Positions 32,467 to 33,614 of a stretch of 33,614 nucleotides of DNA are shown here, one piece after another. The first letter of the stretch is position 1, and every line of letters begins with the position of its first letter. A program made the position numbers and the translations under genes. The notes under the pieces were generated by a model. The model was not told where the DNA came from. It saw only the letters and a program-made list of their open reading frames with translations, and made no database searches. Origin of the DNA: Perkinsus chesapeaki ATCC PRA-425 (lineage: Eukaryota; Protista; Perkinsozoa); the NCBI GenBank assembly GCA_013115145.1, contig JAAPAO010000391.1:1-33614 (forward strand), given 5' to 3'.

Positions 32467-33243
32467 TTATTCAAATGAATCCATAGCAATATCAACGAAT
32501 TCACGATCTTTATCCTTCTCCAACTCAGTGAGCTCTTCATAGTCAACGAAGAGCTCGGGTTGGGATTGCTTCATCCAAGGATTAGCCCTCATCCACCTTT
32601 CATGAACTAGGGTGGCATAAACCTGCACAAGGGAGGCCATAACGTCAGTCGAACGAAGAAAACAGACCACGCTTCTCTATTTCAGGAATTATAGAAATCA
32701 CGAGTTGGCCGTCGACAACAACAATACCTCGAAACTCACAGAGAGTTGTAAAGGGTTTAACTTATGCCAGATATGTGTATAACTGCCGTCTATTACTAAT
32801 TTCAGTTACTACACGCCTTGAGCCTCCATTGTCAGTTAAAAGGCAACTTACTTCTCGAAAAGGTTGACGCATCAGCCTGTACAGCATGCGCCCGGTATCC
32901 TCTATAGCTCCTTTGAATTGAGCCGGTAACTCTGATCCGTTTTTCTGATAGGCAAAGTACCGAGATCATATCGGAAACGGCTCACCGTGACGAGGTCGAT
33001 CTCGGCTCCAGTGGGGAAGTAACCGGCAACAGTATCTCCAGGGCTCACCCACTGCTCTTCACCTTTACCGTTCATTAACTGTATTTTAATGCGATGAGGG
33101 TCGTCTCGATGCCGTATATAGTAAATTATCCAAGCTTGATGGGCTTTATCGACATATTTGTTCAGCTCGGCGGCCGGTGGGACCTCGAGAGCAGTTAAGA
33201 AAACGGTGGACAAAGCCACCAGAAATAAAGAACAGGAACTCAT
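32467..33243 (-). CDS. Small signal-peptide-bearing protein with a stand-alone RyR-domain-like (H-x-x-W...Y-x-x-L-x-x-x-EKxKDR) repeat
   Basis: Exons 33243-32986, 32944-32852 and 32622-32467 give 168 aa: MSSCSLFLVALSTVFLTA-LEVPP..YVDKAHQAW...EIDLVT|KNGSELPAQFKGAIEDTGRMLYRLMRQPFRE|VYATLVHERWMRANPWMKQSQPELFVDYEELTELEKDKDREFVDIAMDSFE*. Confidence 0.7.
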
Positions 33244-33600
33244 CGAAGACTGAAAGATGACAAATGTTCCTACTGCTCATCAACAAAGCCACGCTCCACC
33301 AAAAGTGAAAAAGGTGATACAGCATCATGGTCAACTTGAGCGGGTCAAGCCACTTCAGTGTAAATGGGAATCGCTTCAATAGAGTTTGCAATTGAAAAAT
33401 CGCGGGGCGTCCTTTGGCTGATGTGGCGTGGTGGTTGTCAACAGAGCATCACCAACGACCAGGTGGGAACACATTAATACTGTCCTTCTTAAGGAGCAAG
33501 ATACTTCCATTTTGCACTTTATACAACTTCCACAGCTACAGTGGATGCTAACTCCGCGCCCGACGTCGCCATTTGTTACTAGCGTAACACAAGAATTGAA

Positions 33601-33614
33601 CTTGAGCCAAGATG
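33601..33614 (-). other. 3' 14 nt of the Perkinsus-type spliced leader (genomic SL relic), truncated by the window edge
   Basis: The minus strand reads CATCTTGGCTCAAG, identical to nt 9-22 of ACCGTAGCCATCTTGGCTCAAG. It is followed by TTCAATT..., not by a GT donor. Confidence 0.7.

Noticed and set aside
1-33614. CRISPR arrays, rRNA, snRNAs, transposase/RT/integrase genes, prokaryotic operon or terminator features
   Set aside because: None seen; the window is eukaryotic, spliced and gene-dense.

Overview
Gene-dense, intron-rich eukaryotic nuclear DNA with short GT-AG introns, mostly about 30-60 nt, so most six-frame ORFs are exon fragments or antisense noise. The best inference is a Perkinsus-like alveolate: the last 14 nt read CATCTTGGCTCAAG on the minus strand, matching the 3' end of the Perkinsus spliced leader. 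By manual splicing I find about 20 protein genes and one tRNA. Recognisable genes: a PD-(D/E)XK nuclease-like gene, a small RIIa/CATIP-type docking-domain gene, a degenerate cNMP-binding-domain gene, a BART/ARL2BP-domain gene, a DDHD phospholipase A1, two tandem IST1 paralogues, THUMPD1/Tan1, proteasome alpha-3/PSMA4, a probable enlarged mitoribosomal mS33, tRNA-Leu(CAA), an alpha/beta hydrolase, a P13-like GT8 glycosyltransferase and a small secreted RyR-domain-like protein. Several genes are orphans. I see no CRISPR array, rRNA or recognisable transposase/RT. All gene models and family calls were made by eye and from motif recall, with no database search, so exon boundaries in non-conserved regions are approximate.
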